44,248 nucleotides of DNA, taken from NCBI GenBank assembly GCA_002269645.1, contig NIVC01001415.1:101557-145804 (forward strand). The letters run 5' to 3'. Below the pieces are notes generated by a model that saw nothing but the letters and a program-made list of their open reading frames with translations, was not told the DNA's origin and searched no databases. Below, piece by piece: positions 11,901-22,519 of this stretch. Numbering within the stretch: the stretch's first letter is position 1; each line of letters opens with the position of its first letter. The DNA is from Macrostomum lignano. Lineage: Eukaryota. The position numbers and the translations under genes were made by a program.

Positions 11901-14900
11901 GCCGACGTCCTGCTGGAATTTCGCGCCAGACTGGACGGCCACGACGTCGGCATGCGGACGCCGCTGCACTGGGCGGTTATCGAGGACAACGACGGGATCG
12001 TTGAGCGGCTGCTAGAGGCGCCGGGAGTTGATACAGTGCTCAACAAGCAAGACATGTTCGACAAGACTCCGCTGCACTACGCCGCCGAGAGGGGCTGCAC
12101 CGGGGTGAGCACTGGGATAGGGATCTGGGATCGGGATCTGGGATCGGGATCTGGGATCGGGATCTGGGATCGGGATCTGGGATCGGGATCTGGGATCGGG
12201 ATCTGGGATCGGGATCTGGGATCGGGATCTGGGATCGGGATCTGGGATCGGGATCTGGGATCGGGATCTGGGATCGGGATCTGGGATCGGGATCTGGGAT
12301 CGGGATCTGGGATCGGGATCTGGGATCGGGATCTGGGATCGGGATCTGGGATCGGGATCTGGGATCGGGATCTGGGATCGGGATCTGGGATCGGGATCTG
12401 GGATCGGGATCTGGGATCGGGATCTGGGATCGGGATCTGGGATCGGGATCTGGGATCGGGATCTGGGATCGGGATCTGGGATCGGGATCTGGGATCGGGA
12501 TCTGGGATCGGGATCTGGGATCGGGATCTGGGATCGGGATCTGGGATCGGGATCTGGGATCGGGATCTGGGATCGGGATCTGGGATCGGGATCTGGGATC
12601 GGGATCTGGGATCGGGATCTGGGATCGGGATCTGGGATCGGGATCTGGGATCGGGATCTGGGATCGGGATCTGGGATCGGGATCTGGGATCGGGATCTGG
12701 GATCGGGATCTGGGATCGGGATCTGGGATCGGGATCTGGGATCGGGATCTGGGATCGGGATCTGGGATCGGGATCTGGGATCGGGATCTGGGATCGGGAT
12801 CTGGGATCGGGATCTGGGATCGGGATCTGGGATCGGGATCTGGGATCGGGATCTGGGATCGGGATCTGGGATCTTTCTGAGATGAAACCACTACCTTCAG
12901 CTCGCCAGGCGCCTGGTGGGCAGCGGCGCCGACTGCACCGTCCTTGACGGAGACGAGCGCCGTCCCGCCCACGTGGCGGCCAAGGCGGGCCACCTAGACT
13001 GCCTGCGGCTGCTCATCGAGTCGACGGCCGGCCTGTCAGTTCATCATCGCGACCTGGACGAGCGGACAATGGTGCTGCTGGCGGCTGAGGAGGGCCGCTT
13101 TGACGTTTTCAACTTCCTGTGCGTTGAGTGCGGAGCGGACTTCACCGCCAAGTGAGGCTGAGCGATCTGAGATTAGCATTTAGTGACTCAATCACCCAGT
13201 GACCCAGTGACCCAATGACCCACTAACACAACAACCCAGAGTGACCCAATCACCCAAGAATAACTCAATGCCCTAGAGTGACTCAGTGCCCCAGAGTGAC
13301 TCAATGCCCCAAAGTGACTCAATAACCCCAGAGACTCAATGACCCAGCAGGTCAACAAAATCAGTGACCCATTTGCACCCAATAACCTCAGAGACTCACT
13401 CACCCAGCAGCTCAACAAAATCAGTGACCCATTTGCACCCAATGACCCCAGAGACTCACTCACCCAGCAGCTCAACAAAATCAGTGACCCATTTGCACCC
13501 AATGACCTCAGAGACTCACTCACCCAGCAGCTCAACAAAATCAGTGACCCATTTGCACCCAATGACCCCAGGGACGATGTGGGCCGCAACTCGCTGATGC
13601 TGGCGGTCGCCAAGTCCCACTACGAGATCGCCAAGTTCCTCCTGGACAGGGACATCGATATCAACGCCACCGATGTCAACAAGGTTGCCATCATTAGTGC
13701 ACGCGTACTAATATTAAAAGTGCAAATGTCTGAAGGTGTCTCTGAATATTTGCAGAACACGGCGCTGCACTATGCAGCCAAGGAGGACTCAACCGGTCGG
13801 TGCGTGAGGCTGCTGCTGGAGTACTCAGCACCGATCAGCGAGAACAACAGCAGCGAGACGGCTGTGGACTTCGCTATTTTCGTCAGCAATCGAGAGGCGT
13901 TGGAGATTTTCTTCAGCGAGCAGTAGTATGTGGCGCATTTTAGTGACATGTATTATATGCTTGGCGTTCAATGTTACGGTATTGGAGTTTAGTAGCATAA
14001 CTTCTCATGGTTCTCAAGTTGAGTAGCATAGCTGCTCATGGTTCTCAAGTTGAGTAGCATAGCTGCTCATGGTTTTCAAGTTGAGTAGCATAGCTGCTCA
14101 TGGTTCTCAAGTTGAGTAGCATAGCTGCTCATGATTCTCAAGTTGAGTAGCATAGCTGCTCATGGTTCTCAAGTTGAGTAGCGTAGCTTCTCATGATTCT
14201 CAAGTTGAGTAGCATAGCTGCTCATGGTTCTCAAGTTGAGTAGCGTAGCTTCTCATGATTCTCAAGTTGATTAGTGTAGCTTCTCATGGTTCTCAAGTTG
14301 AGTAGCGTAGCTGCTCATGATTCTCAAGTTGAGTAGCGTAGCTGCTCATGATTCTCAAGTTGAGTAGCGTAGCTGCTCATGATTCTCAAGTTGAGTAGCG
14401 TAGCTGCTCATGATTCTCAAGTTGAGTAGCGTAGCTTCTCATGATTCTCAAGTTGAGTAGTGTAGCTTCTCATGATTATCAAGTTGAGTAGCGTAGATTA
14501 TCATGATTCTCAAGTTGAGTAGCGTAGCTTCTCATGATTCTCAAGTTGAGTAGTGTAGATTATCATGATTCTCAAGTTGAGTAGTGTAGCTTCTCATGAT
14601 TCTCAAGTTGAGTAGCGATGCTTCTCATTATTCTCAAGTTGAGCAGTGTAGATTCTCATGATTCTCAAGTTGAGTAGTTGATTTGAATAGTTGAGCAATT
14701 GCAATTGAAACAGTGCTGACTTTACTTGTCATTTTGGGTTGCAACCTAATTGTACGTACTTTTAACCTCTCCCTCTCTTTCCATTTCCCTCTTCCTCTCT
14801 CCCTCTCTCCCTCCTCTCTCTCAAACCCCTCTCTCTCTCTCTCTCTCTCAAAAGACTGCAAGCGGCCCCAGGTACACTAAAGACTTTCCACGAATTCCAA

Positions 14901-15454
14901 CATAACCGCAGCTGGTCGTGGATCATGACATACCGACGGGAGAATGGCAGGACGCACATGGACAAGCTGGTTCAGTATTCGCCTGAATTTGCCAAGGTAA
15001 AAAATTGTTGCTTTTAAAGTCTCAGACGGGAACTAATTTCATTTGCACTGTGCACTATACTAACAGTAGCCAACTTTGCAACTTACTAAAATGCAATTTT
15101 CATAATATATTGTTTCGTAGAAAGTTCTGGACTACGGAATTGACACAACGGTTCACGACCCCATGGACAAAAACTTTGCGGTTGGTTCTCTTTAGTGACT
15201 CGATTTTTGCCTTGTATAAGGTACATCTGTACTGCAAAATTTTGTGCAAAATTTCTATCTTCAGGTAATCTACAACTACTCCCTAATCGATCCTGGACCA
15301 GATGATCCAGCCTCTCAGCCTCATCGCTACCTGGCTCTGATGACTATGGCTCGGTTCAAGCAGCTGGACTTGCTCAAGCATCCACTGTCTTCTGCTGTCA
15401 TGCAGGAGAAGTGGTGCGGGTTTCTGTCTGTTTTTCTGGCTGTCTGTTTGCCTT

Positions 15455-15489
<35 letters not shown>

Positions 15490-15492
15490 TAG

Positions 15493-15590
<98 letters not shown>

Positions 15591-18500
15591 AGTACATGTC
15601 TTAGTGCCTGTCTCAGTGCCTGTCTTAGTGCCTGTCTCAATGCCTGTCTCAGTGCCTGTCTCAGTGCCTGTCTCAGTGCCTGTCTCAGTGCCTGTCTCAG
15701 TGCCTGTCTCAGTGCCTGTCTCAGTGCCTGTCTCAGTGCCTGTCTCAGTGCCTGTCTCAGTGCCTGTCTCAGTGCCTGTCTCAGTGCCTGTCTCAGTGCC
15801 TGTCTCAGTGCCTGTCTCAGTGCCTGTCTCAGTGCCTGTCTCAGTGCCTGTCTCAGTGCCTGTCTCAGTGCCTGTCTCAGTGCCTGTCTCAGTGCCTGTC
15901 TCAGTGCCTGTCTCAGTGCCTGTCTCAGTGCCTGTCTCAGTGCCTATCTTAGTGTCCATGCTTATCTGTCCGCCTGCTACAGGAAGAAATTCTACCACGA
16001 ACTGCAGGCAGAAGTTCGCCAGCATGTCCCTGTGGACTGACATAGTTTTCTACGCCCTGTTTGTCGCCTGCCTGACGGTGTTCGTGGTGGACCAGGGGCC
16101 GCTGCTGCCCAACCAGATGGACGAGTACGGCTGCAGAAACACCACGGCTGGCCTGGTCTGCCACTTTTGATGATCAGTTTTTAGCTTGGATGTGCGCCAA
16201 ACAGTTTTATCTTTACCTGCAGGGTGTCCAACTGAAATAAAATTGCGCCATTTTGAAAGAAATATGCGCTAAATTTGCTTGACAGGGGCGCCACACATTA
16301 AAGACAGGGGCGCCACACGTTAAAGACAGGGGCGCCACACATTAAAGACAGGGCGCCACACATTAAAGACAGGGCGCCACTCATGAAAGACTGCAGAGCG
16401 CCAAACATGAAAGACTGCAGGGCGCCAAACATGAAAGACTGCAGGGCGCCAAACATGAAAGACTGCAGGGCGCCAAACATGAAAGACTGCAGGGCGCCAA
16501 ACTCGAAAGACTGCAGGGCGCCAAACATGAAAGACTGCAGGGCGCCAAACATGAAAGACTGCAGGGCGCCAAACTTCATTGACAGGGGCACCAAACTTGA
16601 TTGACTTGGGCGCCAAACTTGATTGACTGGGGCGCCAAACTTGATTGACTTGGGCGCCAAACTTCATTGACAGGGGCGCCAAACTTGATTGACTGGGGGC
16701 GCCAAACTTGATTGACTGGGGGCGCCAAACTTGATTGACTGGGGGCGCCAAACTTGATTGACTTGGTGCTAAGCTGAACTTATAAACTTAGACCTAACCT
16801 GAATCAACTTAGATTGATTTCAATTTTTTAGCATTTTTTAATTCTGTTTATAATTTCATAATTGTAACCATTCCAGAAACCTCCAGTTAACTCAACCAGG
16901 AGCTTGGGCTCCGGCTCCGGGGTAAAATACTCTTGCATTGCTACTTATAGTAATTGAAAAAGTTTAGTGGTACAATTTTGATATTTTATTTACTCTGAAA
17001 GAAATTTGTAAATTACAGCGACCGAAACTCACTAACTGGAGAATTATCGCTGAGAAGTCCGTCATCACTTGCTTTCTAATTATTCGAGTTCTGCTTGAGC
17101 TGCTGAAATTTCTGCACAAAGTAATCCTGCTTTGTATTAAGATAAAATCGGGTTACATGAAATGAAATTAGTTGAAGATAATTTCAGAACCAGAAGTAGA
17201 TCAGATTTGATTAGGTTTGTTAAGATTTGATGAGATAACATGGGACTAGATGAGATAAAATGAAATAAGATGGAATAAAATATTTTAGGACGAGATTACG
17301 TCCGAGATTAGATATAAGAAGACATGATGGGATTAGTTCAGTTAAAATAGCATAGGGTGAGGTGAGATTTCATTTCATGTGATGAGTTAATATGAGATTA
17401 GACGAGATGAGATGAGATAAGATGAGATGAGATGAGGTAAGATGAGATACGATGAGATGAGATGAGTGAAGATGAGGCGGGATGAGGTGAGATGAGATGA
17501 GATGAGATGAGATGAGGTGAGATGAGATGAGATTAGATAAGATTAGATGAGATGAGATGAAGGGAATGAGATGAGATGAGGGGAGATTAGATGTAATGAG
17601 ACAAGGTAAGATCAGATGCAAATGACTCCTCGATTACCCGAAAAACTTCTTCAGCGCCTGTCCTACTTCATGAGCATCGAGGTGTACTTCTACCTGAGCC
17701 TGTACTTCTCGACCTTCCTGTTCATGTACCCGCCAGACTCGGAGCCGTGCATGTGGAACTGGATGTTCGGGCTGGTGTCCATCGTGCTGGCCTGGTCTCT
17801 GGTGCTGTTCCAGATCGAGTGGTGAGAGGCAACTCGAGTCATAAAATCATAAAATTGTTATTTATTACCACAGATACTAGAATAACTATATCCGGCTAGA
17901 TGGGCCACTCAGCACAATTGCATGTAAGCTATTTTCAATTCGGTAGTAAGTTAAACAGAAGCATTTCAGAATTACAGCAAAGGGTCATTTATTGGCTCTT
18001 ACCCCCAAGCCTAAACCCGCCAACCGCGCCTTTCCACACTACCCCCCGGCTCCGCCCCAATTTTTATTGCCTTTCTCGGAATTCCAGCCTAAAGTTGCCA
18101 TGTACATTTCAGTGGACTGGCTAATGTACATTTCTGCTGAACCAATTAGCAAGTTGTTTACGCCTGCAAGCTTGGGCTTCTAAACTTATCGAAGCAATTT
18201 CAGCTGCCTTTACTTTTTTAAAATACGAGCGTAGCTTATCTATTCTTCCATCTATGCTACTGAACTGAAAGTAGAAAGCTGTTTTACTACTAAGTATATA
18301 TGCCTGAGTGGCTCATCTACTCGTACAATAGTTTTTTCTATGTTTATTAGAAAGAATTTCAGTAAATTTCCTGCATTCATTGCTCAACCCGCAGCATACC
18401 CTCCACCGGCCTGTACTCGCTGATGTTTCAAAGAGTGTTGGTGTCTCTTGTGAAAGTGCTGCTCATCTTTGGCTTCTTTTTGATGGCTTTTGCGATGGCT

Positions 18501-19050
18501 TTCTACTCGAGTATGAGATCTTCAGTGAGTTTTCAACACTAACATTCACAAGATGAGTAAAATTGATGAATGGAAGTGTAGCTGAATAAATTGCTTCATT
18601 ATTACTCGATGATATACTTAATTAAATTAGTTGACTCCTTGATTGACTGTTTCATTGGTCCATTTTTGGTTGAAATTTCAAGTGCGTAGTTGCATTATTG
18701 AATTGAATAATTGTCGCACAACCGGCGAGAGGCATTGCTGCCCATTCCGCCGACTTCCCTGAGCAGGCAAACTCAGCCATACGCACAGGCACACACTCAC
18801 ACAGGAGTGTACAGCGGCCCTATCTTTATTTATCGTTAGGCATGTACACTTCACTGTGCCTTGGGGGGGGGGTTGGGCCTTAATTGCACGAGCAGAGCCA
18901 AGCCGAGATTCCAAATTAATTAATGTGACTGCACCTGGAATCGAGCCTGGGCCACCCGGCACATCAGAGCGCCGCGCTGGACCACTGGGCTACGGCAAAC
19001 CCTTTAAATGATTGATTGATTTCTTGATTGATTGATTGATTGATTGGTTC

Positions 19051-19115
<65 letters not shown>

Positions 19116-19210
19116 CTGATTGATTGATTGATTGCTTGCTTGATTGATTGATTAATTAATTGATTGATTGATTGGTTCGTTTGTTGATTGATTGATTGAT
19201 TGATTGGTTC

Positions 19211-19242
<32 letters not shown>

Positions 19243-19375
19243 GTTGGTTGGTTAATTGATTAATTGATTGACTGATTGGTTGATTGATTGATTGACTGAT
19301 TGGTTGATCGATTGATTGATTGATTGATTGATTGACTGATTTCTTGATTGATTGATTGACTGATTGGTTGATTGG

Positions 19376-19449
<74 letters not shown>

Positions 19450-21782
19450 AATTGATTGGTTTGTTTCTTAATTAATCGACAGCCGCCTTGTCCCCAAACG
19501 TCTTCAGACGCCCTTCAGCACGGTGCCCTACGCCATACTGAAGGCATTCGACATGACAGTCGGCGAGCTGGAATTCGTCACGTACTTTGTATCGGCAGAC
19601 TATGGCAGATTCCAGACTGCTGTACAATGCTTGTTCGTTGCCTTCGTTATCATTATGCCGATTGCGCTGATGAACTTGTTGGTGAGTTTTTCTGGCGTTT
19701 CTTCAATGGCTTCGATAGGCAGAGTGAAGTGTACTCACATGTAGGCTTGTCACAAATAAACGTAACAAAATCCGATATTGCCTCCTCTTGCCCAGATTGG
19801 CATTGCTGTTGGCGACATCGAGGGCATCACGCGAGAAGCCGAGCTACAGCTGCTGGCATTAAGGGTGAGTCGAAATGGCGAATTTGGGAAAATTCATAAC
19901 TTTTTATTTTCAACGCTTCTCGCTTTCAGTGGACTACACTGTGGTGCGCTCCAGAGAGCAAAGTTGGCGTCACGTAGACTGTAGGATTGGCGCCATGAGG
20001 ACTGTAGGATTGGCGCCATGAGGACTGTAGGATTGGCGCCATGAGGACTGTAGGATTGGCGCCATGAGGACTGTAGGATTGGCGCCATGAGGACTGTAGG
20101 ATTGGCGCCATGCGGACTGTAGGATTGGCGCCATGAGGACTGTAGGATTGGCGCCATGAGGACTGTAGGATTGGCGCCATGAGGACTGTAGGATTGGCGC
20201 CATGAGGACTGTAGGATTGGCGCCGATTGACATCACGTAGACTGTAGATATATCGGCATGAGAATTTTGAAAATATTTTCCAAATACTTCGATTGACTGC
20301 TGACTAGCACGAAAACCTCGTCTCGCACCTGTCGCTCAGATCAATCTAATCTACGAGGTGGAGACCAACTGTCCCAGGTATTTCCAGCGCCGGTTCCACC
20401 GCTCCCACATGGAGGTCTATCCCAACCGCACCTACACTGGACTCAAGGCTGTGTTCAGGGGCAGCTTTGAGAAAGATTATCGAGCTTACAAAACTGCTCA
20501 GAGAGCCGAGGGGAGCGGAGAGAAATCTGAGACTGGAGATGAAGGCCTGAGGGAGGCTGTACAGCAGCAGAGCCGCAGGTGAGGAATTGAAAACTTTTTC
20601 AGCTGGTTGGATTGCAGCATGCTGGTTTATCAGTTTAGCTCAGTTCTTCATTCTTGAGGGATGCCTTCAGGTCTGGTCAGACTCATTCAGGTCTGCTTTC
20701 CCTTCCCCTCAGACTCATTCAGGTCTGCTTTCCCTTCCCCTCAGACCCATTCAGGTCTGGTTTCCCTTCCCCTCAGACTCATTCAGGTCTGGTTTCCCTT
20801 CCCCTCAGATTCCTTCAGGTCTGGTTTCCCTTCCCCTCAGACCCATTCAGGTCTGGTTTCCCTTCCCCTCAGATTCCTTCAGGTCTGGTTTCCCTTCCTC
20901 TCAGACTCATTCAGGTCTGCTTTCCCTTCCCCTCAGATTCCTTCAGGTCTGCTTTCCCTTCCCCTCAGACCCATTCAGGTTTGCTTTCCCTTCCCCTCAG
21001 ACCCATTCAGGTCTGCTTTCCCTTCCCCTCAGATTCCTTCAGGTCTGGTTTCCCTTCCCCTCAGATTCCTTCAGGTCTGCTCTCCCTTCCTCTCAGACCC
21101 ATTCAGGTCTGGTTTCCCTTCCGCTCAGACCCATTCAGGTCTGCTTTGCCTTCCCCTCAGACCCATTCAGGTCTGCTTTCCCTTCCCCTCAGATTCATTC
21201 AGGTCTGCTTTCCCTTCCCCTCAGACTCATTCAGGTCTGCTTTCCCTTCCCCTCAGATTCATTCAGGTCTGCTTTCCCTTCCCCTCAGATTCATTCAGGT
21301 CTGGTTTCCCTTCCCCTCAGATTCATTCAGGTCTGGTTTCCCTTCCCCTCAGACCCATTCAGGTCTGGTTTCCCTTCCCCTCAGATTCATTCAGGTCTGG
21401 TTTCCCTTCCCCTCAGACCCATTCAGGTCTGGTTTCCCTTCCCCTCAGATTCATTCAGGTCTGGTTTCCCTTCCCCTCAGATTCATTCAGGTCTGGTTTC
21501 CCTTCCCCTCAGATTCATTCAGGTCTGCTTTCCCTTCCCCTCAGACTCATTCAGGTCTGCTTTCCCTTCCCCTCAGATTCATTCAGGTCTGCTTTCCCTT
21601 CCCCTCAGACTCATTCAGGTCTGGTTTCCATCTAAAGCTCTATTAACCAGCTATCCTTGGGAGTGCCTGAGGCAAAGAGACCTAACAGATCCACTTCTAA
21701 TTGCAATTTCAGAGTCGCTGAGCTGGAAACAAGTGTCAAAGATCTCATAGCAAAGCTGGACGCCTTTATCCGCAATGCCTGA
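5939..21782 (+). CDS. TRPA1: TRPA-family (TRPA1-like) ankyrin-repeat cation channel, copy A, multi-exon
   Basis: Exons with GT-AG boundaries and consistent phases: 5939-6283, 7655-7759, 7849-7969, 8064-8167, 8260-8307, 9943-10067, 10151-10199, 11823-12104, 12901-13151, 13572-13683, 13756-13922, 14912-14996, 15121-15180, 15265-15413, 16008-16155, 16877-16921, 17019-17120, 17655-17821, 18395-18524, 19508-19681, 19796-19864, 20340-20578, 21713-21782 (3147 nt, stop TGA). About 17 ankyrin repeats, LLKHPL..KW pre-S1, pore [23 protein letters not shown]6 [15 protein letters not shown]-like helix and coiled-coil tail. Family is secure; orthology to TRPA1 proper is not. Confidence 0.93.
6311..7510. 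repeat. ~15-bp intronic minisatellite (CCCTGACACCCTCAG)
   Basis: Directly visible degenerate tandem array. Confidence 0.95.
8360..8900 (+). mobile_element. Decayed non-LTR retrotransposon (LINE) ORF2 3' fragment
   Basis: Broken frames give [18 protein letters not shown] and [16 protein letters not shown], resembling the invertebrate LINE C-terminal ..FRxSNHKL..C..C...E...HFL motif. Confidence 0.55.
8954..9641. mobile_element. hAT-type MITE with nested SINE
   Basis: 14-bp TIR CAGGCGCGTCGCCA / TGGCGACGCTCCTG (1 mismatch); perfect 8-bp TSD GGTTTAAG at 8946-8953 and 9642-9649. Confidence 0.85.
9054..9418 (-). mobile_element. tRNA-derived SINE (family 1, copy 1)
   Basis: Minus head GGCCGTAGCCCAGCGG (A box) ... 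GGCTCGATTCC (B box); A-tail at 9054; 11-bp TSD ACCTTGTGATT at 9043-9053 and 9419-9429; second copy at 18717. Confidence 0.85.
10643..11756. repeat. 15-bp intronic minisatellite (TTTAGCACCAGGGGC), near-perfect, with a GGCGCC variant at the 3' end
   Basis: Directly visible; the PGAKA/KPLVL ORFs are translations of the repeat. Confidence 0.97.
12113..12873. repeat. 13-bp intronic minisatellite (CTGGGATCGGGAT), perfect, G4-forming pattern
   Basis: About 58 identical units immediately after the donor at 12105. Confidence 0.97.
13185..13571. repeat. Short GTGACCC/CAAT repeats followed by four ~60-bp units that end in the exon acceptor
   Basis: Units ...CAGCAGCTCAACAAAATCAGTGACCCATTTGCACCCAATGACCCCAG; the last unit supplies the AG at 13570-13571. 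Confidence 0.9.
14003..14680. repeat. 31-bp intronic minisatellite (CATGATTCTCAAGTTGAGTAGCGTAGCTGCT)
   Basis: About 21 visible tandem units. Confidence 0.95.
15455..15950. repeat. (TCTG)n microsatellite followed by a 12-bp repeat (TCAGTGCCTGTC)
   Basis: Directly visible. Confidence 0.95.
16281..16765. repeat. Compound 22-24-bp minisatellite with an AGGGCGCCAAA core
   Basis: Sub-arrays AAAGACTGCAGGGCGCCAAACATG and GGGGCGCCAAACTTGATTGACT. Confidence 0.93.
17390..17600. repeat. (GAGAT)n microsatellite
   Basis: Directly visible; counterpart (ATCTC)n at 34500-34810 in the paralog. Confidence 0.9.
17880..18300. repeat. Interspersed repeat (unclassified, possibly a non-autonomous DNA element)
   Basis: Homologous sequence at 33850-34230 (paralog intron) and, inverted, at about 22030-22250 (intergenic), e.g. 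CCAAGCTTGCAGGCGTAAACAGCTT..AATTGGTTCA. Confidence 0.6.
18717..18996 (-). mobile_element. tRNA-derived SINE (family 1, copy 2)
   Basis: High similarity to 9114-9410; head GCCGTAGCCCAGTGG...GGCTCGATTCC. Confidence 0.85.
19010..19460. repeat. (ATTG)n microsatellite
   Basis: Directly visible; counterparts (TCAA)n at 32585-33160 and 43825-44248. Confidence 0.97.
19978..20225. repeat. 23-bp minisatellite (GGACTGTAGGATTGGCGCCATGA)
   Basis: About 11 visible units. Confidence 0.95.
20680..21630. repeat. 32-bp minisatellite in the last intron of TRPA copy A (CATTCAGGTCTGGTTTCCCTTCCCCTCAGACC)
   Basis: About 30 units; same unit as 29725-31320. Confidence 0.95.
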
Positions 21783-22519
21783 CAGAAGATTTTTGTTTGA
21801 ATTGTTCAGTTTCCGTTGTTAAAACTTAAAGCGCAACTGACGCACAGATAAATCTACTTAATCTAGATTGTGTTAGCTCCAGCCAGAGATATATACTTAG
21901 ATTAGATATAGTTAGGCACTTGGTGATTAGTAAAACAGTTATACACTTCCAGTTCAGTAGTAAAAAAGAGTACATAAGCTTTTTTTAAAGAATAAAGGCG
22001 ACTGAAATGACTTTGATAGCTCGTAAAGTTTGGAATCCAAGCTTGCAGGCGTAAACAGCTTTCTAATTGGTTCAACCATAAAAATGTACACTAGCCAACG
22101 CTACTGAAATGTACATTGCAGGTAGGGGCTAGATTTTGTGTAAAAAGACGCAGTTAGAGAGGGTTTAAGCTTAGAGGAGAGGGTTAGAGCCAATAAAATT
22201 AGCCTTGTCTTAAAGTAGATAAAATGCTTCAGTTTAACTTACTACTTACCTGATAGTAGCTTAGTAGCCTATCTTATTCTATTATCAGTGACTCAAGCGA
22301 AGAAAACACTATTTTAATTGTATGTCACTATTATATTTGAATGATATTGGAACCACAGTATGTGAAAACCAAACCCAACATTAGACAGAAACATACCGCA
22401 ACACGTGATTAGAACCGATATATTTTATGAAGTAATTTACTAAATTATATGAATTATATTAAAAGCAGATTTTAAAAATTTGGTCACTTAATATTTGAAA
22501 GACTCTTTCCTCTCTCATT

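Noticed and set aside
14855-14911. Longer version of the TRPA exon starting at 14855
   Set aside because: It is in frame, but the paralog conserves only the acceptor equivalent to 14912 (85-nt exon), so the shorter exon was preferred.
15983-16007. Acceptor at 15982 (and similarly at 19482)
   Set aside because: These give a frameshift or stop; the downstream AGs at 16007 and 19507 restore the frame and match the paralog.
16220-16765. CAGGGTGTCC start as an hAT element carrying the minisatellite
   Set aside because: No matching right TIR or 8-bp TSD was found.
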